From positions 90,892,001 to 90,956,000 of the forward strand of contig NC_043005.1 in NCBI RefSeq assembly GCF_006345805.1: DNA of 64,000 nucleotides, written 5' to 3'. A program made the position numbers and the translations under genes. Positions within the stretch are counted from its first letter, which is position 1. Each line of letters opens with the position of its first letter. This document shows positions 56,601-61,975 of the stretch, piece by piece. The notes below the pieces were generated by a model that saw only the letters and a list, made by a program, of their open reading frames with translations, searched no databases and was not told the origin of the DNA. Origin of the DNA: Octopus sinensis. Taxonomy: Eukaryota.

Positions 56601-58462
56601 GGAAGTTACACAAAATAATGAAAACATAACAATGGTGTTGCCATAGTGTGAAAACCAACTATGTATACCTACAATCCCAGACAAAAATTATACAAATGAC
56701 ACCGCTACACATACCACAAACCCAATATCACACACCCCATCCCTGCAAGGACACCACTTCAAGGTAACTCTTGCCAGCTTAACAGTATACCCAACCAATC
56801 TCCTGGACCCTTTTTTGTTTCACCACTTTTTTTACAGCAGCCGCTTACCAGTTATGCTAATCCACCTCTGTCAATAGGGGACAGTCACCATATTTCCTTC
56901 CATATCAGCTGCCTCAGATGAGCGTAGAGTTATATAATCAGATTGTTACCTAACACTCTACTGTATTCTTTACATGAAACCGATTGGTAAGACCAAATCA
57001 TAATGCTAGAAGAAATGCCACTAAATATTTTTTATAGCCTGCTAATAGTTCTGCCAGTTCACCACCTTAACCCTTTCGTTACCAACCCGGCTGAAACCAG
57101 TTCTGGTTTTGTTTTCATAAGTTTTGAACTAAAATCTTCCACCAAACCTTAGTCACAATTTATGTTCCTAACACCAGCTGAATGATAACTAAGCTATTTT
57201 ACTAAGTTCTTTGTTATATTTTAATTAATTGAAAGAAACACAGAGTATCTCAACAGAAATACAATAACAAAAGGGTTAATAGTGTTTCCCATTGCTTTCT
57301 GTTAGTGTATGTATGGTTTACTCTGCTTGTCTCCTGTCCTTTCTCAAGTTTACTCTTGATACATAGAGCCTATACAATCCTTGTGTCTACACACCAGTGT
57401 ACATGCATGTACATGTTGAAAAGAGTAGAACGAGGTGGTCATGAATGGAACACCTTTATCATAGGTCTTCTTAGTCAAGATTGATCTCAGGCTAAACAAA
57501 CAATAATGGCCGTCTATCCTTGGAATGATATGTATGTTGAAAAGAGTAGAACGAGGTGGTCATGGATAGAACACCTTTATCATAGGTCTTCTTAGTCAAG
57601 ATTGACCTCAAGCTAAACAAACATACAAACAAACAAACAATAATGGCCATCAATCCTTGGAATGATATTTATGATGTACCCACGTGACGCACCTATATGC
57701 TTAGGGCTAGGCCACCTGTATACCTTGTTTTGTATACCTTTGCCACAGGGATGTCTGCAATTTTATCTGTAACTGGAGCCCTTGACAGGTACTACCACCT
57801 TGAGTTAAGGCACACCTGGGAGTATAGGTGACTAAGGTGTAATTGTACACTCCCGCAAAACCCCTAATGTTTAATGTCTTGCCCAGGAAATTGATATATC
57901 CACCAAGCACAAGAATATTGTCTGTCCTGAGTCAATGTGATGTTGGGGTGAAAGAATCTCCATGCTGGAGCACTGCCTTTAGTCGAGCAAATCGACCCCA
58001 AGACTTATTCTTTGTAAGCCTAGAACTTATTCTATTGGTCTCTTTTGCCGAACTGCTAAGTTACGGGGATGTAAACACACCAGCATCAGTTATCAAGCGA
58101 TGTTGTGGGGACAAACACAGACACACAAACATACATATATATACATATATACGACGGGCTTCTTTCAGTTTCCATCTACCAAATCCACTCACAAGGCTTC
58201 GGTCAGCCCGAGGCTATAGTAGATGACACTCGCCCAAGGTGCCACACAGTGGGACTGAACCCTGAACCATGTGGTTGGTAAGCAAGCTACTTACCACACA
58301 GCCACTCCTGTTTACTATAAATTCACAGGTAACAGGTAAATGGTGGCAAGAGTGTTGAAACAGATTCATTTGCCTTACAACTATATCTCAGAAGAAACCT
58401 GCTGTTTCAACAGCTATACCTGAATGTCATCTTCTGTTGATCCTCATCTCACATCACATCAA

Positions 58463-58496
<34 letters not shown>

Positions 58497-61317
58497 CTCT
58501 CTCTCTCTCTCTCTATGTCTCTTTTTCTCTCTCTCTCTCTCTTTCACTCTGTGTTTGTCTTTTCTATTGCATCATATTTTTTTTCTCTCCTCAGATAAAG
58601 ACCGTACAGCTATCTACATCACAGTTCCAGTCTTGCTAGTAGCTGCTACTGTAGCAATGAATATAGTATTTATCATGTGGCACAAGAAACTCTAGTAAGT
58701 AACAAATGGTTGGCTACAGTCTTAACACACACACACACACACATACGTACATGTGCAAGTCCACTCGTGTATATTGTGCATGTGTTTGTGTATGAGTGTG
58801 TATGTGTTGTATATTTGTGTGTGTGCAACGTAGGTCATATATCAGCATGTGTATAAATAAGATATTTTTTTTCAGAATGAGATAAAAAAAAACTAAGGTT
58901 GTGAAGATTTTAGAATATTTATAAATAGAAGGTCTTACAGCTGTTTCCAGGATATTTATTATATTCCTTTATCGGAGACGGTGTGAGAAAATGGTCATTG
59001 CAAGTTTAGAGTTTGTACACAGTGCTATTGAATCAAGGGTTTTATTTAAAGTGACCTAAAAGTAGGGAATGTATTTGTAAGGTCAAATTGGAATAGCACT
59101 GTGTACAAACTCTATACTTGGAATGACCACTTTTAAATACTATTGGATTTTACTCACAAGGTATTGGAATCTTATATGTATACCATTCTGCCTAAATAAT
59201 GGATCTACAAATGCAATATCCCTGCATATCTCACATCTATTTTCATTCCTCCACTTCACTCTCTACTTCGTATCTTATCTGAATTAAATATTGCTTAACC
59301 ATTTTCTCACACCATCTCCAATGAAGCTCCAATAGAAACATTTCAGAGTGTTTGGGTGTCAATCTGAGGACGGTACAATTTGAGGACATGTACCAAGAGT
59401 GATAAAAAAGATCAAACATCCAGTCAATATCATGGTGTTTGGAGTGATCACTAGTGATGGCGACATTATGCCTCCATTCATCTTCCTACATGATCTCAGA
59501 CTCAACATGGGGACCTACATTAAGTGCCTGAATAAGTGGAAGAAAAGAAGCAAGGAAAAATATTAGGTAGCTAGGAGAGAAATTAGACATTAAGTATACA
59601 TAGCTTTATTCTTTTATTCTTTTATTCTTTTATTCTTTTACTTGTTTCAGTCATTTGACTGTGGTCATGCTGGAGCACAGCCTTGAAGGATTTCAGTTGA
59701 ACAGATTGATCCCAGGAATTATATTTTTTAGCCTAGTACTTGTTCTGTCACTCACTTTTGCCGGACCGTTAAGTTACCGGGTGTAAACACACCAACACTG
59801 GTTGTCAAGTGGTGATGGGGTGACAAATACAGACACAAAGACACACACAGACACACACACACACACATATATATAATTGTGTGGTAAAAAGGTGGTGAGC
59901 TGGCAGAAATGTTAGCACGCTGGGTGAAATGCTTATCAGTATTTCGTCTGCCGTTACGTTCTGAGTTCAAATTCCGCCAAGGTCAGCTTTGCCTTTCATC
60001 CTTTTCGGGGTTGATAAATTAAGTACCAGTTACGCACTGGGGTCGATGTAATTGACTTAATCTCTTTGTCTGTCCTTGTTTGTCTCCTCTATGTTTAGCC
60101 CCTTATGGGGAATAAAGAAATAAGAAGCTTGCTTCCTAACCATGTGATTTTGGGTTCAGTTCCACTCAATTCCAACTTGTAAGTGGATTTGCCAGATGGA
60201 AACTGAAAGAAGCCCAGCATGTGTGTGTGTGTGTATCAATGTAAGTGTGTCTTTATATTTGTCCCTCACCACCGCTTAACAACCAGTATTGGTTTGTTTA
60301 TGTACCCACAACTTAATAAAAAGGGTCCAATAGAATAAGTACCAGGCTTAAAAGAAAAATAAGTTTTGGGGTCAATTTGTTCAACTATGCCCTTCAAGTC
60401 CAGCATGGCTTCTGGCCAAAGTAAAAGATATAAAATACAAGATATAAAAGTAAAAGATATAAAATACAAGATATAAAAGTAAAAGATATAAAATACAAGA
60501 TAACTACAAAAGAATATTTCCTTCAGTTGTTTCAAGAAAAAACAAATACCCACAGTTTTGGGGTCAATTTGTTCAACTATACCCTTCAAGTCAGTGCTTC
60601 AGTATGGCTTCTGGCCAAAGTAAAAGATATAAAATAAATGATAACTACAAAAGAATATTTTCTTCATTTAACCAATTCTGTTTTTCCTTCAGTTGTTTCA
60701 AGAAAAAACAAATACCCACAGTTTCAAGTCTTGTTGATGCCAACCAAAATGGAAAGGTTAATCATTCTTTCATGATGAAAAACTCTGAATATTCACGGTA
60801 AGATATAGGTTCTTACTCATGCCTTCACTATCTGCTATTCCGGACAACCCAATATGTATGTATGTATGTCTGTCTGTCTGCCTGTATGTATGTATGTATG
60901 TATGTATGTATGTATGTATGTATGTATGTATGTATGTATGTATGTGTATGTATGTATGTATGTATGTATGTATGTATGTATGTATGTATGTGTATGTATG
61001 TATGTATGTATGTATGTATGTATGTATGTATGTATGTATGTATGTATGTATGTATGTATGTATGTATGTATGTATATGTGTATGTATATACGTACATACA
61101 TACGTATGTACACATATTTTCATAGAATGAAATTGATTTTACCGATTTCATTGTAGTTAAACATTTTTTCTTTGAATTCTTTTATTAAAACTTATTATAA
61201 GGATCATATTCATTTAATTATTTCCCTTTTTCTAGACCAATTATGTTGGCACATTTCCACAGCAAAGTGGAAATGATGAAAAGAGACTCAAACTTACAGT
61301 TTTGTGAAGAATTTAAG
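5479..61317 (+). CDS. R3-subtype receptor-type protein tyrosine phosphatase (PTPRQ/PTPRB/PTPRJ/Ptp10D-like), partial, 22 exons; 5' end and catalytic domain outside the window
   Basis: Manual spliced assembly: all introns GT-AG, phases match, 3711 nt open. About 9 FN3 repeats (P..V..L...W..P...Y...L.P...Y.V.V.A), R3 membrane-proximal motif IYILG...[17 protein letters not shown] helix, then [29 protein letters not shown], which resembles the wedge region just before PTP D1. The exact orthologue cannot be assigned without a search. Confidence 0.9.
5900..6295. mobile_element. MITE/foldback with long inverted arms, about 45 bp after the exon 1 donor
   Basis: About 105-bp inverted arms at 5912-6016 and 6132-6240 (e.g. 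gcttcagtgttatttattttttacattaatcttaat / attaagattaatgtaaaaaataaataacactgaagc). Confidence 0.75.
6610..7490 (-). mobile_element. Decayed RTE-clade LINE, 3' part
   Basis: Minus strand: [18 protein letters not shown]...[22 protein letters not shown]...[12 protein letters not shown], with stops and frameshifts; same family as 12053-12590. Confidence 0.8.
7893..8147 (+). CDS. RPTP exon 2: FN3 domain 1
   Basis: cattgcag|GA AGA CCA; [21 protein letters not shown]...[15 protein letters not shown]...NYT; donor G|gtaagt; 255 nt, phase 1-1. Confidence 0.9.
8355..8520 (-). mobile_element. Penelope-like pseudo-LTR fragment with hammerhead motif
   Basis: Minus strand 8424-8469: gacac CTGAAGA aggccagagggtatatcagct GAAAC GTT gtgtt; related to both arms of 11352-11961 and to 46490-46535. 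Confidence 0.65.
9950..10198 (+). CDS. RPTP exon 3: divergent FN3 domain 2
   Basis: taatttcag|TA CCC AGG ATG; [21 protein letters not shown]...FNYNLTIW...IYLK; donor G|gtactt; 249 nt, phase 1-1. Confidence 0.8.
10520..11345 (+). mobile_element. Decayed Penelope-like element, RT thumb/linker region
   Basis: [30 protein letters not shown] and [27 protein letters not shown]...[20 protein letters not shown] resemble the C-terminal motifs of PLE RTs; pLTR-like foldback directly downstream. Confidence 0.7.
11352..11961. repeat. About 610-bp imperfect palindrome built from PLE pLTR sequence
   Basis: Termini actcccttactaaccc / gggttagtaagggagt; arms match through to tcactgcttggaat...cttaaccact / tggttaag...ccaagcagtga; centre near 11635-11650. 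Confidence 0.9.
12053..12590 (+). mobile_element. RTE-clade LINE 3' end with (AAATC)n tail
   Basis: [17 protein letters not shown]...[21 protein letters not shown]...[17 protein letters not shown]...[12 protein letters not shown]. Confidence 0.9.
12600..13025 (+). mobile_element. SINE family C (about 55-bp internal tandem repeats; 3' end ...ggacgttaaacgatgatgatg)
   Basis: The same 3' end recurs at about 4415-4575, 24520-24700, 27090-27280, 28230-28420, 43980-44240 (-), 44510-44975, 50985-51235 and 53040-53270 (-). Confidence 0.8.
13060..13170 (-). mobile_element. PLE pLTR fragment with hammerhead motif
   Basis: Minus strand 13116-13167: gtct CCGATGA agagatattattaattaatatccta GAAAC agct GTA agac; sister copy at 58932-58979. 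Confidence 0.65.
14040..14815. repeat. About 780-bp imperfect palindrome with a hammerhead motif at each outer end
   Basis: gtaaggtcaatttgaagtcttacagctgtttctggg pairs with cccagaaacagctgtaagacttcaaattaaccttac; atgcttaatcctgggtaaatccaggcagaatttt pairs with aaaattctgcctggatttacctgggattaagcat; centre near 14415. Confidence 0.9.
14066..14141 (-). ncRNA. Putative minimal type I hammerhead ribozyme, canonical core
   Basis: gtct CTGATGA tgg...(insert)...cca GAAAC agct GTA agac: 4-bp helix I, palindromic helix III loop. Confidence 0.5.
15410..15775. repeat. 370-bp direct repeat, copy 1 (copy 2 at 22025-22390), bounded by (GT)n; 5' part belongs to a dispersed family also at 53430-53600, 53655-53850 and 63245-63430
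   Basis: By direct comparison about 4 substitutions and 2 small indels separate the two copies. Confidence 0.9.
16420..16608 (+). CDS. RPTP exon 4: FN3 domain 3, N-terminal part
   Basis: attgcag|AA CCT AAT; [35 protein letters not shown]...INDFLP; donor G|gtaact; 189 nt. Confidence 0.88.
18877..19104. mobile_element. TTAA-type (piggyBac-like) MITE
   Basis: TIR ccctttcgttac / gtaacaaaaggg; flanks ctaa and ttaa; second copy at 57067-57279 has TTAA on both sides. Confidence 0.8.
21711..21797 (+). CDS. RPTP exon 5: FN3 domain 3, C-terminal part (not in ORF track)
   Basis: ttttttcctctaag|GT ACC AAG TAC; [29 protein letters not shown] completes LPG.KY.V.V.A.N..G; donor G|gtaagt; 87 nt. Confidence 0.9.
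22025..22390. repeat. 370-bp direct repeat, copy 2
   Basis: About 98% identical to 15410-15775, same orientation. Confidence 0.9.
22450..23620 (+). mobile_element. Highly decayed L1/Tx1-like LINE fragments
   Basis: [11 protein letters not shown]...[23 protein letters not shown] resembles RT motif YADD.T...L..YE..TGA.IN..KS.GL; many stops. Confidence 0.6.
23801..23988 (+). CDS. RPTP exon 6: FN3 domain 4, N-terminal part
   Basis: ttttttccag|TT CCT GGT; [39 protein letters not shown]...CYNCSQ; donor CAG|gtaaag; phase 1-0. Confidence 0.88.
24810..24980 (-). mobile_element. Helitron-like non-autonomous 3' terminus
   Basis: CTAG at 24811 followed about 8 nt later by hairpin ctcg-gcattgct-cgag; in reverse this is the Helitron hairpin + CTAG end. 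Confidence 0.5.
25258..25456 (+). CDS. RPTP exon 7: FN3 domain 4, C-terminal part with Cys-rich insert (not in ORF track)
   Basis: ttttctcattgatag|GCA AAT; [66 protein letters not shown]; donor A|gtaagt; 199 nt, phase 0-1. Confidence 0.88.
26180..26400 (+). mobile_element. RTE LINE 3' fragment
   Basis: [12 protein letters not shown]...[25 protein letters not shown], homologous to 12250-12468. Confidence 0.8.
26629..26898 (+). CDS. RPTP exon 8: FN3 domain 5 (duplicated exon, copy A)
   Basis: ttgtttcag|CT CCA TCT; [33 protein letters not shown]...[18 protein letters not shown]...TKIG; donor G|gtaaat; 270 nt, phase 1-1. Confidence 0.92.
27770..28039 (+). CDS. RPTP exon 9: FN3 domain 6 (duplicated exon, copy B)
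   Basis: Copy of exon 8 offset by 1141 bp, with the same intact splice sites and 6 substitutions. It could be a true paralogous exon or an allelic copy mis-assembled in tandem. Confidence 0.75.
29039..29314 (+). CDS. RPTP exon 10: FN3 domain 7
   Basis: ccttcacag|CA CCA GAA; [37 protein letters not shown]...[16 protein letters not shown]...TKIG; donor G|gtttgt; 276 nt. Confidence 0.92.
31106..31276 (+). CDS. RPTP exon 11: FN3 domain 8, N-terminal part (not in ORF track)
   Basis: tgtcatcacag|TC CCA CAC; [38 protein letters not shown]...FTVS; donor G|gtgaga; 171 nt. Confidence 0.9.
32036..32292. mobile_element. Tc1/mariner-derived MITE
   Basis: TIR tacagggtatccagaaagt / aagtatttttgacaccctgta; TA flanks. 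Confidence 0.6.
32631..32762 (+). CDS. RPTP exon 12: FN3 domain 8, C-terminal part
   Basis: tacctcacag|GT TTC AAT; [44 protein letters not shown]; donor A|gtaagc; 132 nt. Confidence 0.9.
33821..33969 (+). CDS. RPTP exon 13: FN3 domain 9, first part
   Basis: ctgaatgcag|CG CCT GGA; [49 protein letters not shown]; donor AAA|gtaagt; phase 1-0. Confidence 0.9.
35880..36325 (+). mobile_element. Helitron Rep N-terminal fragment
   Basis: AAFNYDP...[47 protein letters not shown]...SKHFQIKIR is typical of the Helitron Rep N-terminal zinc-binding region. Confidence 0.8.
38128..38675 (+). mobile_element. hAT (Charlie-like) non-autonomous fragment
   Basis: [42 protein letters not shown]; ends caggagtcagcaaact and aaaagttccctgatacctg; no clean 8-bp TSD found. 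Confidence 0.75.
38799..39026. mobile_element. TTAA-type MITE, second family, ending 24 nt before the exon 14 acceptor
   Basis: ttaa-tcctttagcatt...aatgctaaagcg-ttaa; reverse-orientation copies at 27336-27544 and 28477-28685. Confidence 0.8.
39051..39125 (+). CDS. RPTP exon 14: FN3 domain 9, middle part (not in ORF track)
   Basis: ttcttttatgtag|AAG AAA; [25 protein letters not shown]; donor CAG|gtaagt; 75 nt, phase 0-0, bridging exons 13 and 15. Confidence 0.8.
39240..39658. mobile_element. MITE with about 30-bp TIRs
   Basis: ggatcttttcggtttgaacgacagttttt / aaaaaactgccgttcaatccgaaaagatcc. Confidence 0.75.
40470..40827 (-). mobile_element. mariner 5' fragment, same family as 1654-2561
   Basis: Near-identical to about 2280-2560; intact TIR ccgcattatttatgggatgacccaata. 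Confidence 0.8.
41670..41922 (+). mobile_element. RTE-like LINE 3' end
   Basis: [28 protein letters not shown]...MMDREVW...* followed by a tgatgaatga tail. Confidence 0.75.
42353..42419 (+). CDS. RPTP exon 15: FN3 domain 9, last part (not in ORF track)
   Basis: cttttatttcag|ATA CGT; [22 protein letters not shown]; donor A|gtaagt; 67 nt, phase 0-1. Confidence 0.88.
42518..42688 (+). CDS. RPTP exon 16: R3 membrane-proximal module, part 1
   Basis: ttaaacag|TT CCT GTG; [10 protein letters not shown]...[34 protein letters not shown]; donor G|gtaagt; 171 nt. Confidence 0.88.
43140..43880. repeat. Old, about 740-bp imperfect palindrome with an extra inverted copy at its centre
   Basis: catgcttagacaaatttt / aaatttgtctaagcatg; gaattgctagatc / gatctagcaattc; aaaaagcacaaacatattagtagg / cctactagtatttctgtgcttttt. 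Arms roughly 70% identical by eye. Confidence 0.75.
45143..45268 (+). CDS. RPTP exon 17: membrane-proximal module, part 2
   Basis: cctttgccag|AT CAG GAA; [42 protein letters not shown]; donor G|gtaagc; 126 nt. Confidence 0.85.
46071..46600 (+). mobile_element. Penelope-like 3' end: GIY-YIG endonuclease tail followed by pLTR with decayed hammerhead
   Basis: [44 protein letters not shown] resembles PLE endonuclease AEH.W...H...W..V.I...E.....R..KEA; acac CTGATGA agactgggagtacatcagcc AAAAC ATT gtga at 46491-46533. Confidence 0.75.
49049..49142 (+). CDS. RPTP exon 18: membrane-proximal module, part 3 (not in ORF track)
   Basis: ttctttacag|AC ATG AAC; [32 protein letters not shown] (R3-type F.IG...YCNGPLKP...Y motif); donor CG|gtgagt; phase 1-2. 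Confidence 0.92.
50540..50908. repeat. Perfect palindrome: 181-bp arms (50540-50720, 50728-50908) with 7-nt loop tgtgacc
   Basis: Base-by-base reverse-complement check found no mismatch, including the T8/A8 run. Confidence 0.95.
50728..50765 (+). ncRNA. Putative minimal type I hammerhead ribozyme with U3-A8 core variant (mirror copy on the minus strand at 50683-50720)
   Basis: agaaat TTGAAAA gc-tacac-gc GAAAC cg GTA atttct: 6-bp helix I, 2-bp helix II, palindromic ACCGGT helix III, GUA cleavage triplet. Confidence 0.5.
50926..52060 (-). mobile_element. Helitron-like non-autonomous element with a SINE C copy inserted at about 50985-51235
   Basis: CTAG at 50926 with adjacent hairpin acctgctctacgcgcgggt; body has internal short direct repeats; 5' limit uncertain. 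Confidence 0.5.
54306..54712 (+). mobile_element. tRNA-head SINE family A, full-length copy
   Basis: A-box-like TGGCTGTGTGG and B-box-like GGTTCAGTCCC, purine-rich tail. Other copies or fragments at about 5053-5215(+), 9215-9830(-), 14960-15330(-), 19610-20000(-), 29630-30010(-), 30365-30530(+), 36380-36545(-), 50205-50400(-), 55130-55280(+), 57960-58310(-), 59620-59850(-). Confidence 0.85.
54774..54841 (+). CDS. RPTP exon 19: end of ectodomain
   Basis: ctgtttctctag|T GTC AAA; [23 protein letters not shown]; donor G|gtgcga; 68 nt, phase 2-1. Confidence 0.85.
55401..56665 (-). mobile_element. Decayed Tc1-like DNA transposon with about 100-bp TIRs
   Basis: TIRs 55401-55498 and 56560-56660. 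Minus strand reads ILDEPESWA...[21 protein letters not shown]...[29 protein letters not shown], with stops. Confidence 0.85.
57067..57279. mobile_element. TTAA-type (piggyBac-like) MITE
   Basis: ttaa-ccctttcgttac...taacaaaaggg-ttaa; homologous to 18877-19104. Confidence 0.85.
57414..57668 (+). repeat. Tandem duplication of a unit of about 121 bp (x2)
   Basis: atgttgaaaagagtagaacgaggtggtcatg...atccttggaatgatat repeated at 57414 and 57535. Confidence 0.85.
58595..58694 (+). CDS. RPTP exon 20: transmembrane helix (not in ORF track)
   Basis: ttttctctcctcag|AT AAA GAC; [33 protein letters not shown], a hydrophobic stretch of about 23 aa followed by a basic stop-transfer; donor TA|gtaagt; phase 1-2. 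Confidence 0.92.
59385..59530 (+). mobile_element. Tc1/mariner-like transposase fragment
   Basis: [39 protein letters not shown]. Confidence 0.7.
59891..60123 (+). mobile_element. tRNA-head SINE family B, full-length copy
   Basis: Head ggtggtgagctggcagaa...gagttcaaattcc, tail aataaagaaataa. Other copies at about 4606-4836(+), 16770-17000(-), 47996-48221(+), plus fragments at 46600-46790 and 47320-47520. Confidence 0.85.
60363..60724 (+). repeat. Imperfect tandem duplication overlapping the exon 21 acceptor, with an internal 28-bp repeat
   Basis: gttttggggtcaatttgttcaactat...ttccttcagttgtttcaagaaaaaacaaatacccaca occurs at 60363-60554 and 60555-60720. Confidence 0.9.
60693..60797 (+). CDS. 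RPTP exon 21: juxtamembrane segment
   Basis: tttttccttcag|T TGT TTC; [36 protein letters not shown]; donor CG|gtaaga; 105 nt, phase 2-2. Confidence 0.85.
60854..61105. repeat. (TATG)n microsatellite, representative of many (TA)n, (GT)n, (CA)n, (TATC)n, (ATT)n and (AGT/AGC)n tracts in the window
   Basis: Direct inspection; these tracts explain most low-complexity ORFs in the track. Confidence 0.95.
61236..61317 (+). CDS. RPTP exon 22: wedge/pre-catalytic segment
   Basis: tttccctttttctag|A CCA ATT; [28 protein letters not shown] (RP...F..HV..M..DS...F.EE.. pattern); donor AAG|gtaagt; phase 2-0. Confidence 0.9.
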
Positions 61318-61726
61318 GTAAGTGAATTTAGGAACAGAACTTTACCATGTTGTATTTTTTATTTATTTTTTATTTATTTGACAGAAGTTAGTTGTGAAAT
61401 TGCTAAAAATTCCACAATGAGGTTGAACTAGCTTGAAGGTCATTTGAGTGGGCTATTATCTGAACAGATAACAAGCCACTTGTAGAAATTCAACTATGTA
61501 CTGATCAGAAACATTAATATAAATATGCTTTAATCTTGCCTGGTTGGACAATTAGTTGAGTAAGAAACAAACATTGTTGAAAGTTGGTTGGTTGTGCTTA
61601 TGGACTGGATGATGAAGTCAAATAAACTGGGAATCAGTCAACTAATGAAAATATTAAGATACTTAATGTAGTGAGTCAAAAAACATTATAATCAATCAAT
61701 ATCATACCTGTAATAAATATAAAGTG

Positions 61727-61975
61727 GAGGCACATGGCTTAATGGTTAGGGTATCAGCATCATGATCGTAAGATTGGGGTTTCGATTCCTGGACTGGGTG
61801 ACGCCTTGTGTTCTTGAGCAAATCACTTCATTTCACATTGTTCTAGTCCACTCAGCAGGCAAAAATGAGTAACACTGTGATGGACTGGCATCCCATCCAG
61901 CTGGGGAACACATATGCCATAGAAACCGGGAAACTGGGCCCATGAGCCTGGCTAGGCTTTAAAAGGGCGCATTTA
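61727..61975 (+). mobile_element. tRNA-head SINE family D
   Basis: ggaggcacatggcttaatggttag...gtttcgattcc head, then ttgtgttcttgagcaa central domain; copies at about 15860-16200, 30050-30230 and 47570-47680. Confidence 0.7.

Noticed and set aside
57843-58226. 127-aa ORF just upstream of the TM exon
   Set aside because: Most of it is the reverse strand of SINE family A; no fitting splice phase or domain.
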